Below are positions 8,830-17,934 of a stretch of DNA of 64,000 nt, piece after piece. A program made the position numbers and the translations under genes. The notes beneath the pieces were generated by a model, which was not told the DNA's origin, ran no database searches, and saw only the letters and a list, made by a program, of their open reading frames with translations. Each line of letters starts with the position of its first letter. The stretch's first letter is position 1. Source of the stretch: a virus (Duplodnaviria; Heunggongvirae; Uroviricota; Caudoviricetes); the IMG/VR virus record IMGVR_UViG_3300013121_000049, positions 16,253 to 80,252 of that record. One strand, written 5' to 3'.

Positions 8830-11700
8830 TCAATGTACCTGATAGTCCGAGACCAACCACCGATTGGGGTTGACGGTCTCCGTCTTGGCGTTCAGGACGC
8901 CGCCCGGCGCAGCGGTTGTACCGCCATCTTCTCCCTTACCGGCTTTTCCATTGAAGCGATCGACTGCTTGGGCGAAAACTTGTGCGGCCAGGCTCATGAC
9001 TTCCTCCGGAGAATGGCCTGCGGGGTTGCCTGTGGCTTCCCGGAGGGCCTCTACCGTCGACACCGCAGCTTCGTCTCTCCGAGCCGCCATGATCTGGGCC
9101 TGTGCCCTCTGCCAGTCTTCCCGCAGTTGCTCCGGGGTTGCCCGCAGTGCGTGAGACCGGATATCCCCGATCGCCTGGGCGTCCCGGAAATTGGAATGAA
9201 TGTCCAAGCCCACATGAGTCGCGGTTCCTGCCGCTCCGGCCATGCCGAACGCTTTGAGGCCCCCAACGTAGTCTTTTACTAACGAAATGGTCGCCAAGAG
9301 CTCTTTACGATTGACCTCGCTGGGATTACGAGCGAGATTGTTGCGTGCTTGTACGAGCCGCCGCTTGGTTGCACTTCCCTCCGCCAAATCCCCTGACTGG
9401 TCTATCCGGTCCGCCACGATAAGCAGTGCCTTGTTCTCATCCGCCACGCGATACCCTTTTTGGCTGCGGATACCTTCCATGGTTAAGGCGCCTATAGACA
9501 CTGCATTCGATATCTGGGCGGCCAGCGTGTTTTGCTCTGCCGTCGCTCCGTAGCCCACGCCGAACAAATCCCCCGTCAGCTTTTTACGGTACTGTTCCTC
9601 TGTCGTGGCGTCCCGCAGGTTGGAGTGATACAGGGAACCTTTGCTGTACCACTCCTGGGCTTCGTGCCACTTATCGGCGATAAACGCTGCGGTTCCCTTG
9701 TCCTCCATATCATTAAGGATGCCGCGGTATACACCATACGCCGCCCCTACGCCGCGGCCTATGGAAGCCCCCCATGCAGCGCCGCCAACGATGGCGGTAG
9801 GTACAGCTGCGAACCCCAGTCCGCCCGTCCCCAAGCCAAACGCCCCGGCCGCCACTCCGCCAACCGTTGCACCAAGAGCAGCCCCTATTCCCGTGCCCAA
9901 GACACCATAATAGAGAGTGTTTGTAGCTATGCCTGCCGCACTCGACCCCGCCTGACCCCAACTGGACCGGGCCGCCGCATTTTTCATAATGCCTTCTACA
10001 CCAGTCCCGCCGTAACCTCTTTGCAGGGCGCGGGCGTTAGAGTCCTGCTCCTGCTGCTTGGCCATTGCACCCCGTGCAGACCCGGACTGGATAGCGCGTA
10101 TCTGCTGGAGCATGGAGAAGGTTTCGTCTTCGCCCATACCCTGAGAACGGGCTACGTTGATCAGCATGTCCTCAGAGACTTTGCCGGTAGGAGAAAGCAT
10201 TCTGGCCATGCCGATGACATTGGAGTATGCCCCCATCGTCCCCTGGTCCATCATCGCCGCCGACTGCATCATGCGGCCCTGCTGGAAAAGCTGGGCGCTG
10301 ACGTGCAGCGGGTCACGCCCTGCATTGATGGCAAAGGCATTGATCGTGCCCAAGGCCCCCGCCCCTTGCCCGCCACCCAGGTACTGGTTGTACAGCCCCA
10401 TCATTCCCAACGGGCTGCCGTAGAGCTTGCCGGCACCGGACACCGCTGAGTTGGCTATCCCGGAGACGCCGCCGTACATGGCCACCCAAGGCTCGGCGAT
10501 GCCTCCTTGGTTGTACAGTGACCCCACCCCAGCCATGGCACGGGCACCCGCCCGAATACCGGATGCGCCCAGCATACCCATGCCGGCTGCCGTCATCCCG
10601 AAGCGACCGGCGTTCTGCAGTACACTCATGCCGCTCATGCCTGTGGCCATGCTGGCGACGCCAATATCCGTGAAGATGCCTTCCTGCACGCCGCCGTACA
10701 TCGCCCCCTGGTCGGCGAACTGCTTCATGATGGCCTGGACTTCCTGCATGCTGTCTTCGGTCATCTTGAGGACGCGCATGGCGGTCTTGGTCGACCGCAG
10801 GATGCCCTTGAGGCGGCGGTCCATTGCCTCGGGGTTCAGGTTACCGATGCCCTCGAACAAGCCGTTGGCCATGCCCATGCCGGCGATCTGGGCCACCGTA
10901 TTGTTGGAGAACTCCGTCTCCTGCCAGCCACGTTGGACGACCATTTTGCCCAAACGGTATGCACCCTGCGCGGACAAGCCGACACCGGTGGTAGCCCCCA
11001 TGTCGCCTGCAACGTACATATCCGAGTAATTGGACAGCGCGGCTTCCTCCGCCCGCCTGCGATTCATGTAGGGTTCAAATACCGTTTTCTGGGCGCCCCA
11101 AGTCATCCCTTGCGCCAGAAGGACCTCCGGAGCCATGAAGAGAGACGCGCCCATCCCCAGGCCACCGCCCAGGAAACCACCAACGCGGGCGCCCATCAAC
11201 GCAGCTTCCCCTCCGCTGCTCAGGCCAAACAAACGCTTGGACATATAACCCGCCGGAGCCGCCATTGCGCCCCCGATGCCCTGACCCATCCGATAGCCCG
11301 CTTCTCCCAAGACGCCCCAAGTCGGAGCAGTCGCGCCAAACGTCCTCCAGGTGGCGCCCCACCCCGACTTCATTTCGAATTCGACAGTACGAAGACCGGA
11401 TAACGCTTTCTTGGCCAACATGAAGCTGGCGATCGGCGTCACCCACTGCTGCAAGAAACCCATACCGGCGTCAACCGGCGTATTGGCCGCCATGTAGGCG
11501 TTGTGCGCCATCCATGCCGAGGGGTCGTCTCCCCACCCCGGGGCTCCGTGGCCCCAAGGCAAGGTCATGCTGGTAGACGACCAGGGCGACCGTTCGCCAC
11601 CCGGCGTCCCGTACATCGGACGGCGGTTCGGCCCCCACCCCGAGTCAAACCAGTTCTGGTTGCTGGAGTCAGGGTCCATCTGATCATACGGGTTTGCCAT
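8830..11700 (-). CDS. Tape measure protein
   Basis: About 956 aa, Gly/Ala/Met-rich and helical with hydrophobic Gly-rich segments; immediately downstream of a G/GT frameshift chaperone pair. Confidence 0.75.
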   Translation of the reverse strand: MANPYDQMDPDSSNQNWFDSGWGPNRRPMYGTPGGERSPWSSTSMTLPWGHGAPGWGDDPSAWMAHNAYMAANTPVDAGMGFLQQWVTPIASFMLAKKALSGLRTVEFEMKSGWGATWRTFGATAPTWGVLGEAGYRMGQGIGGAMAAPAGYMSKRLFGLSSGGEAALMGARVGGFLGGGLGMGASLFMAPEVLLAQGMTWGAQKTVFEPYMNRRRAEEAALSNYSDMYVAGDMGATTGVGLSAQGAYRLGKMVVQRGWQETEFSNNTVAQIAGMGMANGLFEGIGNLNPEAMDRRLKGILRSTKTAMRVLKMTEDSMQEVQAIMKQFADQGAMYGGVQEGIFTDIGVASMATGMSGMSVLQNAGRFGMTAAGMGMLGASGIRAGARAMAGVGSLYNQGGIAEPWVAMYGGVSGIANSAVSGAGKLYGSPLGMMGLYNQYLGGGQGAGALGTINAFAINAGRDPLHVSAQLFQQGRMMQSAAMMDQGTMGAYSNVIGMARMLSPTGKVSEDMLINVARSQGMGEDETFSMLQQIRAIQSGSARGAMAKQQEQDSNARALQRGYGGTGVEGIMKNAAARSSWGQAGSSAAGIATNTLYYGVLGTGIGAALGATVGGVAAGAFGLGTGGLGFAAVPTAIVGGAAWGASIGRGVGAAYGVYRGILNDMEDKGTAAFIADKWHEAQEWYSKGSLYHSNLRDATTEEQYRKKLTGDLFGVGYGATAEQNTLAAQISNAVSIGALTMEGIRSQKGYRVADENKALLIVADRIDQSGDLAEGSATKRRLVQARNNLARNPSEVNRKELLATISLVKDYVGGLKAFGMAGAAGTATHVGLDIHSNFRDAQAIGDIRSHALRATPEQLREDWQRAQAQIMAARRDEAAVSTVEALREATGNPAGHSPEEVMSLAAQVFAQAVDRFNGKAGKGEDGGTTAAPGGVLNAKTETVNPNRWLVSDYQVH

Positions 11701-12067
11701 GCTTTTCACCTATCCGGAGCTTGGGTCTCGCGTTCGGCTGACGCGGGTCCCGGGTCAACGTCCACGTCATGGTCCTCATGCGGTTGAACTCGGCCAGCAT
11801 GGCCTCTTCCGCCTGGTCTTCCTTCTCTTCCTCTCCGTACACCGCAAAGGCGTAGCTGGATAAGAGAGATTTTAGACGATTCACGATCTTCTCTTCCGGC
11901 GTTCCACCGGCGAAGCCCTGCGCCAGCAACTCGCCGAGCAATTTGCGCTCCTTGCGCTCCATGGCGATGACCCTGCGCATGCAGATGTCCTCAAAGCTGA
12001 ACAGCGGGGCCAGCGTCACGCCCCGCGCCTTGAGGATCATGCGCTCACGCGCCCAGGGTTTCTTCAA
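11684..12067 (-). CDS. Tail assembly chaperone, C-terminal (GT/T) part reached by -1 frameshift
   Basis: Lies in the -1 frame of the upstream chaperone, overlapping its stop at a slippery heptamer. Confidence 0.7.
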   Translation of the reverse strand: MKKPWARERMILKARGVTLAPLFSFEDICMRRVIAMERKERKLLGELLAQGFAGGTPEEKIVNRLKSLLSSYAFAVYGEEEKEDQAEEAMLAEFNRMRTMTWTLTRDPRQPNARPKLRIGEKHGKPV

Positions 12068-12621
12068 AAATTTTCGGGGCCGACCATCCTGACGGCCTCG
12101 GCAACCTTGTTGTCGAACTGGGCGAGGCTCTGCTCCAGGAAGGTCACGAATTCCTGCGGCAGCTTGTCGAGGAACGCCCGGCGCTTGGGCAGTCCTTCGC
12201 GGTCCACGGGGGGAAGGTCGGTGCCGCGATAGTTGACCAGGGCAACGAGGATGCTGGCCTTGCGGTACGCCGAGCTGGCGGCCACCGGCGTGGAGAATCC
12301 CTGGTTGTCGACCATGCGCATGATGGCGTCGCTTTCGACGGACGTGCGCGTACGCCAGGTCACCTTGCCGCCGCGCTTGCCCAGCGCCACAGTCTCCTCG
12401 TACTTGCCAGTGGTCATCAGGCTGTCGAAGATCACCAGCATCTCCGGCGTGATGCCGTCGTCATCCTTCTTGGTCATCTGGTCTTCCACCGGCGCCGGTG
12501 CCGTAGACTCCAGGTCAGCCAGCAGGTCTGATACGCCGCTGGCAATGGCCAGGTCGTCGGCGGAAAGGTCGCCCACGGCGTCGAAGCCATCGGTCGGTTT
12601 TTTGGAGGCGGGTTTTGTCAT
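12064..12621 (-). CDS. Tail assembly chaperone (G-like)
   Basis: 185 aa from ATG 12621; ends GAA AAT TTT TGA; upstream of the tape measure gene. Confidence 0.7.
   Translation of the reverse strand: MTKPASKKPTDGFDAVGDLSADDLAIASGVSDLLADLESTAPAPVEDQMTKKDDDGITPEMLVIFDSLMTTGKYEETVALGKRGGKVTWRTRTSVESDAIMRMVDNQGFSTPVAASSAYRKASILVALVNYRGTDLPPVDREGLPKRRAFLDKLPQEFVTFLEQSLAQFDNKVAEAVRMVGPENF
12067..12073 (-). other. -1 programmed ribosomal frameshift site A_AAT_TTT
   Basis: In-frame X XXY YYZ heptamer directly before the stop codon; the -1 frame is open to 11684. Confidence 0.75.
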
Positions 12622-12631
12622 GGTTGTTCTC

Positions 12632-14257
12632 TCAGGTGGCAAATTGATAGCGTCCGGACAGGTACTCGAAGCCGACCAGCGCAAACACGAGGGAGTGCAG
12701 CCAGTCGTCCGGGGTATCCTCGTCCTTGGAGTATAGGCGGTTGTTCGTGCGCTCGTTGACCTCTTCGAACACCGCCAGGGCGTGCTCCCAGTAGCCTTGC
12801 GTCACTTCCCAGCAGGGAGTGGTGAACTGCGCGCCGCCGCGACGCATGCGGTGGACAATCAGGTCCATGCAGGTCGTGCGGTCGGCCGCCAGGAACATGC
12901 CGGCCTTATTGTGCGCCAACCGGCGGGCGGACGTCACGTACTGAACCATGTGGACCTTGTCGTAACCGAAGAAGTTCTGCAGCAGCTGGTCCTGGACGAC
13001 GCCGACGCCACGGTCCGCCGCGCAGATATCGCAGTTGAACTGCTGGATGATTTTCTTGATGCGGTCGACCTGGCTGAGGATGTGGATGCCCTGCATGATC
13101 TCGCTGTAGAGCAGGTGGACGACACCCATGACGTCAACACCGATCACCGAAGCCACGGTAAAGCTCTTTGTGGAGCCGGTAACCGACCAATCGACTCCAC
13201 AAATCACTTTCAAATAGCCATACTTGGCTTCGGCCTCTCGCCTGGTGGAGAACCACTGGGTCTGCGAGGGATCGCAGCAGGCCATGGCATCGTGAACGCT
13301 GATCGACTTGCCTGACAAGTCGGTCGCCAACCCGAAGTTTTCGTTGGCCAGCACGGTCGGCGAGTAGCTGATCCCCTCGTTGGCCAACCGCACTTTGGCG
13401 TTGAGGTCTGCCCAAGCCACGCCTTCCGTGTTGGCCGACATGATGAACTGCGGCAGATGGCAGCCCATGGCGTCCCGCCGCCCCTGCACCGTCTCCACCC
13501 ATTGCCCCACCCGGACATCGATGTAGCCATGGCAGTGGTAGCACGTCGGCCCCTTCGGGTCGATGCACATGGCCACGCAGCGCGGATAGGTGTTGGGGAT
13601 GCACCACTTCCGGCAGTGCGGGCACTTGATCGCCCACTCCATCTGGTTGCTGCGCAGCCACAGGCGCTCCAAGGAGTTCGCCGTGGACTTCGATGTACCC
13701 GAAAACACCTTGTAGCGGTACGGACTGGCGTCCGATATCGGGTTGATGACGTCGATGGCCTCCAGGAGGATGTCCTGGACCTCGTCGTAGAGGATCTGGT
13801 CGGCGGAGATACCGCGAATACGGTCGCCTTCGCTGGCGTTCTGTGCGTAGCGGATGTAGATCTTGCTGCCGTTGCTGAACTCCTTTTCAAAGACGTTGTC
13901 CACCGAGTCCTTGGCAATGAAGTATTTCCGGACGATCTTGCCGTGCCGGAAAGGCTTCAGGTACATGTTGGAGAATTGCTTGGCCTGCGTCGACAACGGG
14001 GCCACGTAGCACGTCTGAAAGTGTTTGTGCGTCACTGACTGGGTGATCGTCCGACCGCCTTGCGACACCGACTTGCCGATCTGGCGGCCTGCCTTCAGCA
14101 CCATGGTCTTTGGCTGGACGTCGTAGATGAACTTCCAGGGGACGTGCTTGCCGAAACGCAGGGGGTCACCGCGCAGCGTCAGCAGTCCGCTGGCCAAATC
14201 CGAAGGCTTCGTATTGGCCAGGCGTTCCCGAATGGCGTCTACCTGTGAGCTACCCAT
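12632..14257 (-). CDS. terL: Terminase large subunit
   Basis: Walker A KAGRQIGKS, Walker B ILYDEVQD, GDRIRGISAD, CPHC...CYHC Zn finger, nuclease GVDWS...PDDWLHS. Confidence 0.93.
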   Translation of the reverse strand: MGSSQVDAIRERLANTKPSDLASGLLTLRGDPLRFGKHVPWKFIYDVQPKTMVLKAGRQIGKSVSQGGRTITQSVTHKHFQTCYVAPLSTQAKQFSNMYLKPFRHGKIVRKYFIAKDSVDNVFEKEFSNGSKIYIRYAQNASEGDRIRGISADQILYDEVQDILLEAIDVINPISDASPYRYKVFSGTSKSTANSLERLWLRSNQMEWAIKCPHCRKWCIPNTYPRCVAMCIDPKGPTCYHCHGYIDVRVGQWVETVQGRRDAMGCHLPQFIMSANTEGVAWADLNAKVRLANEGISYSPTVLANENFGLATDLSGKSISVHDAMACCDPSQTQWFSTRREAEAKYGYLKVICGVDWSVTGSTKSFTVASVIGVDVMGVVHLLYSEIMQGIHILSQVDRIKKIIQQFNCDICAADRGVGVVQDQLLQNFFGYDKVHMVQYVTSARRLAHNKAGMFLAADRTTCMDLIVHRMRRGGAQFTTPCWEVTQGYWEHALAVFEEVNERTNNRLYSKDEDTPDDWLHSLVFALVGFEYLSGRYQFAT

Positions 14258-14273
14258 TTTCCCGTCAAACCCC

Positions 14274-14281
14274 GGTATAAG
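14274..14281 (+). promoter_or_regulatory. GGTATAAG early-type promoter -10 motif
   Basis: One of 13 plus-strand intergenic copies; upstream of the 14323 gene. Confidence 0.7.
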
Positions 14282-14322
14282 AACGTGGGCAGATGGACTG
14301 CCTAAATTTCTCCGAGGTTATC

Positions 14323-15030
14323 ATGAACACGAGCACATTCAAAAATAGCGGTAAAGGCTATAGAGCAGTGGTTCTCTGCACCGACCTGGCGGGCCACGTA
14401 GCCCTCTCGGCGGTGTTCAATCGTGATCGGGAATCGACGCACCAGATGTTCGATCCCCAAGTCCACACGGTCGTCGGCATCATCGACGGCCGCCTGCAAG
14501 TCGCCACGCCTGAGAAGGCCCGGCAAGTCACCTGGGCGGACCCCACGCTCCAGGCGGCGATCAAGCAGCTGCCCTGGCTGCGTGACTGGATCCTGAACCC
14601 CAAACCTCAGCGCGGGATTCCGGAATCAGTCGTCCCCGCCAAGGACTATGTGATTGCCGAAATTCGGCGCAGCATGGCCCTGGCGGAATGCAACAAGTGG
14701 CGGCTTCCGCGCGGCGTCACCGAAGTCATGGTGGCCAACGCGGATCACTTCCATGTCAGGACGACGACCGACGTGGCGGATTTCCGTCACAAGAAGTTGC
14801 CTGCCGGCACGCTGCTGTATGGCGTGGCGCCGGGGAAACCTGCTGAGCGCATCCCGGTGTTCGAGGGGTGGCGTCTGGCGTATGGCTATCCGACGCTGGT
14901 GGAAGTTTGCCCTGCGAAAGGTCTGTTGATCGTTCACAAGAATCCGAAGCGGCGTCAGACCGCGCAGGATTGGCGGAAACAATTCGAATACCAGTGGCTG
15001 AACCGGACGGTCAGCTACTGTCCCGATTAA
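14323..15030 (+). CDS. Hypothetical protein (lone plus-strand gene inside the late block)
   Basis: GAGG RBS, own promoter motif and own terminator. Confidence 0.75.
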   Translation: MNTSTFKNSGKGYRAVVLCTDLAGHVALSAVFNRDRESTHQMFDPQVHTVVGIIDGRLQVATPEKARQVTWADPTLQAAIKQLPWLRDWILNPKPQRGIPESVVPAKDYVIAEIRRSMALAECNKWRLPRGVTEVMVANADHFHVRTTTDVADFRHKKLPAGTLLYGVAPGKPAERIPVFEGWRLAYGYPTLVEVCPAKGLLIVHKNPKRRQTAQDWRKQFEYQWLNRTVSYCPD

Positions 15031-15041
15031 CGTGTGGGAGA

Positions 15042-15066
15042 GGGGGCAGGACGCCCCCATTTTTTT
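15042..15066 (+). terminator. Rho-independent terminator
   Basis: GGGGGC-AGGAC-GCCCCC followed by A and T7. Confidence 0.75.
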
Positions 15067-15086
15067 AGCGGAAATTGGTCGAAAAC

Positions 15087-15311
15087 CTATTTTCTGTCGG
15101 GCCCCAGGTCCAGATATCTCTGGTGAAGCTGTGCATGCTCCAGGTGGTATTGCGCTTCGCTCAGATCCCCTCGTGCCAAAGCCTCTGCCGCACGACTCGT
15201 GTGATGCTTGACTATCTCTTCCGGAGACCGTTTTCCGAGTCGAAATGTGGCGCCAAGTTCGTTGGTCACCGCATTCGCCACCTTCTCCATTTCGCTCAAG
15301 TACACGTTCAT
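15087..15311 (-). CDS. Small protein with N-terminal signature (putative head-packaged)
   Basis: Begins MNVYLSEMEKVA. Confidence 0.65.
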   Translation of the reverse strand: MNVYLSEMEKVANAVTNELGATFRLGKRSPEEIVKHHTSRAAEALARGDLSEAQYHLEHAQLHQRYLDLGPDRK

Positions 15312-15312
15312 G

Positions 15313-15729
15313 TCACGTCCTCTCTCGTTGCGTCAGCTGCACGGTATCCGTCATGGTGAAGGTCTGCAGCACCTGACCGTTCACCCGGTAAAGCGTCAGC
15401 ACGCCGGTCTGCTTGTTCCACGACCAGCTGCCGATCGCCGCGTCCTCGATGTTCTGCAGAAAGCTGAGGTCGCTGCGTTCCTTCACCCAGACCGACGCCG
15501 CGATGGCGTTGTCGATGAAGAACGTGTAGAGGCCGGAGTCCGTGAACACCAGGCTCAGCGTGTACAGGCCGTTGCCGATTTCCGCCCAGGTCAGCGGAGA
15601 CTGCAGACTGGTGTAGACCACGCCGTCCTTGAGGATGGTCAGCGTGAAGTTGGTGCGACCCGAGTCGTTGTTGCGGGCCACGAAAGGCACGCTGAACGGC
15701 TGGTTGATGACGGTTTCGAGGCTTAACAT
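15313..15729 (-). CDS. Putative virion protein, Ig-like beta-sandwich
   Basis: Beta-rich (WAEIGNGLYTLSLVFTDSGLYTFFI); late block. Confidence 0.5.
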   Translation of the reverse strand: MLSLETVINQPFSVPFVARNNDSGRTNFTLTILKDGVVYTSLQSPLTWAEIGNGLYTLSLVFTDSGLYTFFIDNAIAASVWVKERSDLSFLQNIEDAAIGSWSWNKQTGVLTLYRVNGQVLQTFTMTDTVQLTQRERT

Positions 15730-15758
15730 ATTGGTCTCCGGTACCTAGCGGGGCAGTA

Positions 15759-16061
15759 TCAGGTCAACCCACCTATCACAGTATTAGCCAGGGAATCCCC
15801 TGAATGATGGCCGACCGTAGTCAGCCTTGAAGCCTCTCGCAAAATAGGGCTTTTCCCCAGATCTCCCAGCTTGCCGACATGCGGAACGGTCTTGGTCGAC
15901 AGCTTTGCAGCTCCCATACCAACGGCGTGCGCCACCCCGCCTGCACCGGCCATTCGCATCCCCGCTCCCGGAGTCGCCAGTTGCCCTGCAAGGTGAACGC
16001 CATGAGTCAGCAGCTCCATCAGAGCCGCCTGTTTCTCCATGGCCTTCAGGTAGGGGTTCAT
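15759..16061 (-). CDS. Gly/Ala-rich protein with N-terminal signature
   Basis: Begins MNPYLKAMEKQAA. Confidence 0.65.
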   Translation of the reverse strand: MNPYLKAMEKQAALMELLTHGVHLAGQLATPGAGMRMAGAGGVAHAVGMGAAKLSTKTVPHVGKLGDLGKSPILREASRLTTVGHHSGDSLANTVIGGLT

Positions 16062-16633
16062 GTGGCCTCCATCTCCAGGATATACAAACCCATGGCTTCC
16101 TTCAGCGCGTTCTCCTGGGAAACCGCCTCCGGAGTACTGGCGTCAGGGAATTCCGTGTCGGCGACGAACGGGAAAATCGGCCGGCGGATGCCTTCGTGAT
16201 GCAGGACGGTTTCGGCCAGCATGGCGACGGCGGTGTCCGGGTGGAATCCGATGGGCAAGTGGTGGAGGACGTACAGCGTGTAGGCCAACTCCAGGACGGT
16301 CGGCAGCACCAGGACATCCGGCTCATCGGCCTGATTGTTGATGACGTCGCAGGCCGCCAGGAACAACACCTGGTCTTCCTGGATGCGCGGGACTTCGGCC
16401 AGATCCATGACGCCGTTCGAGCTGTCGTCGGCGATACGCTCTTCGACCGGCCGGGCATCGGATAGCAAGCCCTTCAGGAGACGGATCTTCGCCAGCATGA
16501 GTGGTGTGAAAGCCACGCCCAGGTCCAGGGACAGCGTCTCGTCCTCCAGACGCCACCACTGCGGGCCGTGCACCGTCGTCAGCAGCTGGTTGAGCAGGAC
16601 CAGCGAGGTGCGGTCAGAGAGCGGGGCTGGCAT
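16058..16633 (-). CDS. Hypothetical late protein
   Basis: MPAPLSDRT... from ATG 16633; coupled overlap with the next gene. Confidence 0.65.
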   Translation of the reverse strand: MPAPLSDRTSLVLLNQLLTTVHGPQWWRLEDETLSLDLGVAFTPLMLAKIRLLKGLLSDARPVEERIADDSSNGVMDLAEVPRIQEDQVLFLAACDVINNQADEPDVLVLPTVLELAYTLYVLHHLPIGFHPDTAVAMLAETVLHHEGIRRPIFPFVADTEFPDASTPEAVSQENALKEAMGLYILEMEAT

Positions 16634-16638
16634 CGAAC

Positions 16639-17052
16639 TTACTCTCCGTACGCACGACGACTTGACCTGTTGGCCAAGTACCCCATGCCGCCTACTACAG
16701 CCGCTCCCCCCAACATGGAAGCCGCCGTGCGGGGCAGGCTCACGGGCGTCCTGTTCAACAGCGCCGGCATAACACCTCCGGCAAGCCCGCCCAAAGAGGC
16801 CCCAAGCATTGCAGAAGAAGAAACAGGAACACGTTGCTCGGGTCGAGGCGCCCTTGCCTTGAGGACAGCTAAAGTGGCTGGAACAGCAGCTGCTGACGCC
16901 AACCACGCAGGATGCCTCTCCCCCCCCATGTACAACAAGCCTCCGCTCATCGTACCCGCCAAAGCGCCAAGACCCACCAACTCTCCGGCCGTCATAGGCT
17001 TGCGCTCTTGCTCAAAGGCGACCTTAATCATGCCGCTCAAGTACGGATTCAT
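16639..17052 (-). CDS. Gly-zipper-like protein with N-terminal signature
   Basis: Begins MNPYLSGMIKVAF; several GxxxG hydrophobic segments. Confidence 0.65.
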   Translation of the reverse strand: MNPYLSGMIKVAFEQERKPMTAGELVGLGALAGTMSGGLLYMGGERHPAWLASAAAVPATLAVLKARAPRPEQRVPVSSSAMLGASLGGLAGGVMPALLNRTPVSLPRTAASMLGGAAVVGGMGYLANRSSRRAYGE

Positions 17053-17061
17053 GCGACCTCC

Positions 17062-17925
17062 TCACACCCGGCTGGCCAGCAGTTGTTGTTGCTCCAGCGG
17101 CAGACTCTCCACCACCGCCTTGAACTCCTGCGGGCCGCCGGCGCAGGCTTGGGCGACGTCATCGCCCAGCAAACGGTCGATCGGCAGGCGCATCAGGCTT
17201 TCCACAGGGACATTCCGACCGGCTACCTTGACCTGCAGCGCGCTGGCGGCAGCAGCCTTGGTGATGAACGCCTCGCCGTAGATGTCGAAGCCGCGGCGAT
17301 TGAGACCGGAGACCTCGTCCATCTCGCGGATGGTCGAGCAGATCTGGCGCACCTCGTCCTGATCGAAAGATGCCTTCTTGGTCATGGCCAAGGCGATCTC
17401 ACCGTAGCCCAGGCCGGGGGTTTCCCGCTCACGGCAGGCAATGTGAGCGATGGCCAGCACCGGGTCAAACTCGTCGCCGCCGCCCAGACGCCGCACGGCG
17501 GCAGACTTCACCATGTCGCCGTAGTTGTCCACCAGATGCTCGGCCGCCTTGATGATGGCATCGTGGTTGGGCATGAACTGCGCCAGGGCGCTCTCGATGG
17601 CGCGCTCAGAGTCAACGATCTGATCCTGTACGCTGGCGACCTTGTGAAAGCCTTGCGCCGCATGGAGCATGGACTCCGCAGCCTGCTTGATCTGCTCGCT
17701 GAGGCCATACAGGGCGGCTGCCGTGGATACGCGGTCATAGACGTCGCGGTCGACCGGGACGTGCGCGACCTTGAGCATGTGCTCCAGGCGCAGGGCGGAC
17801 AGCACGGTGTCAGCCGGCGTATCGATCGGGAAAGCGCCCTCGACGAGACGGGCTTCCTTGACCAGGGGGAGCACCTCCGGGACCAAGCCCAGCAGGTGAC
17901 GGATATCGTGGATGGAATCGATCAT
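17062..17925 (-). CDS. Putative head morphogenesis/core protein with eight K-x-A motifs
   Basis: KEA, KVA, KQA, KVA, KAA, KSA, KKA and KAA motifs in a helical protein. Confidence 0.55.
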   Translation of the reverse strand: MIDSIHDIRHLLGLVPEVLPLVKEARLVEGAFPIDTPADTVLSALRLEHMLKVAHVPVDRDVYDRVSTAAALYGLSEQIKQAAESMLHAAQGFHKVASVQDQIVDSERAIESALAQFMPNHDAIIKAAEHLVDNYGDMVKSAAVRRLGGGDEFDPVLAIAHIACRERETPGLGYGEIALAMTKKASFDQDEVRQICSTIREMDEVSGLNRRGFDIYGEAFITKAAAASALQVKVAGRNVPVESLMRLPIDRLLGDDVAQACAGGPQEFKAVVESLPLEQQQLLASRV

Positions 17926-17934
17926 GGCAACCTC

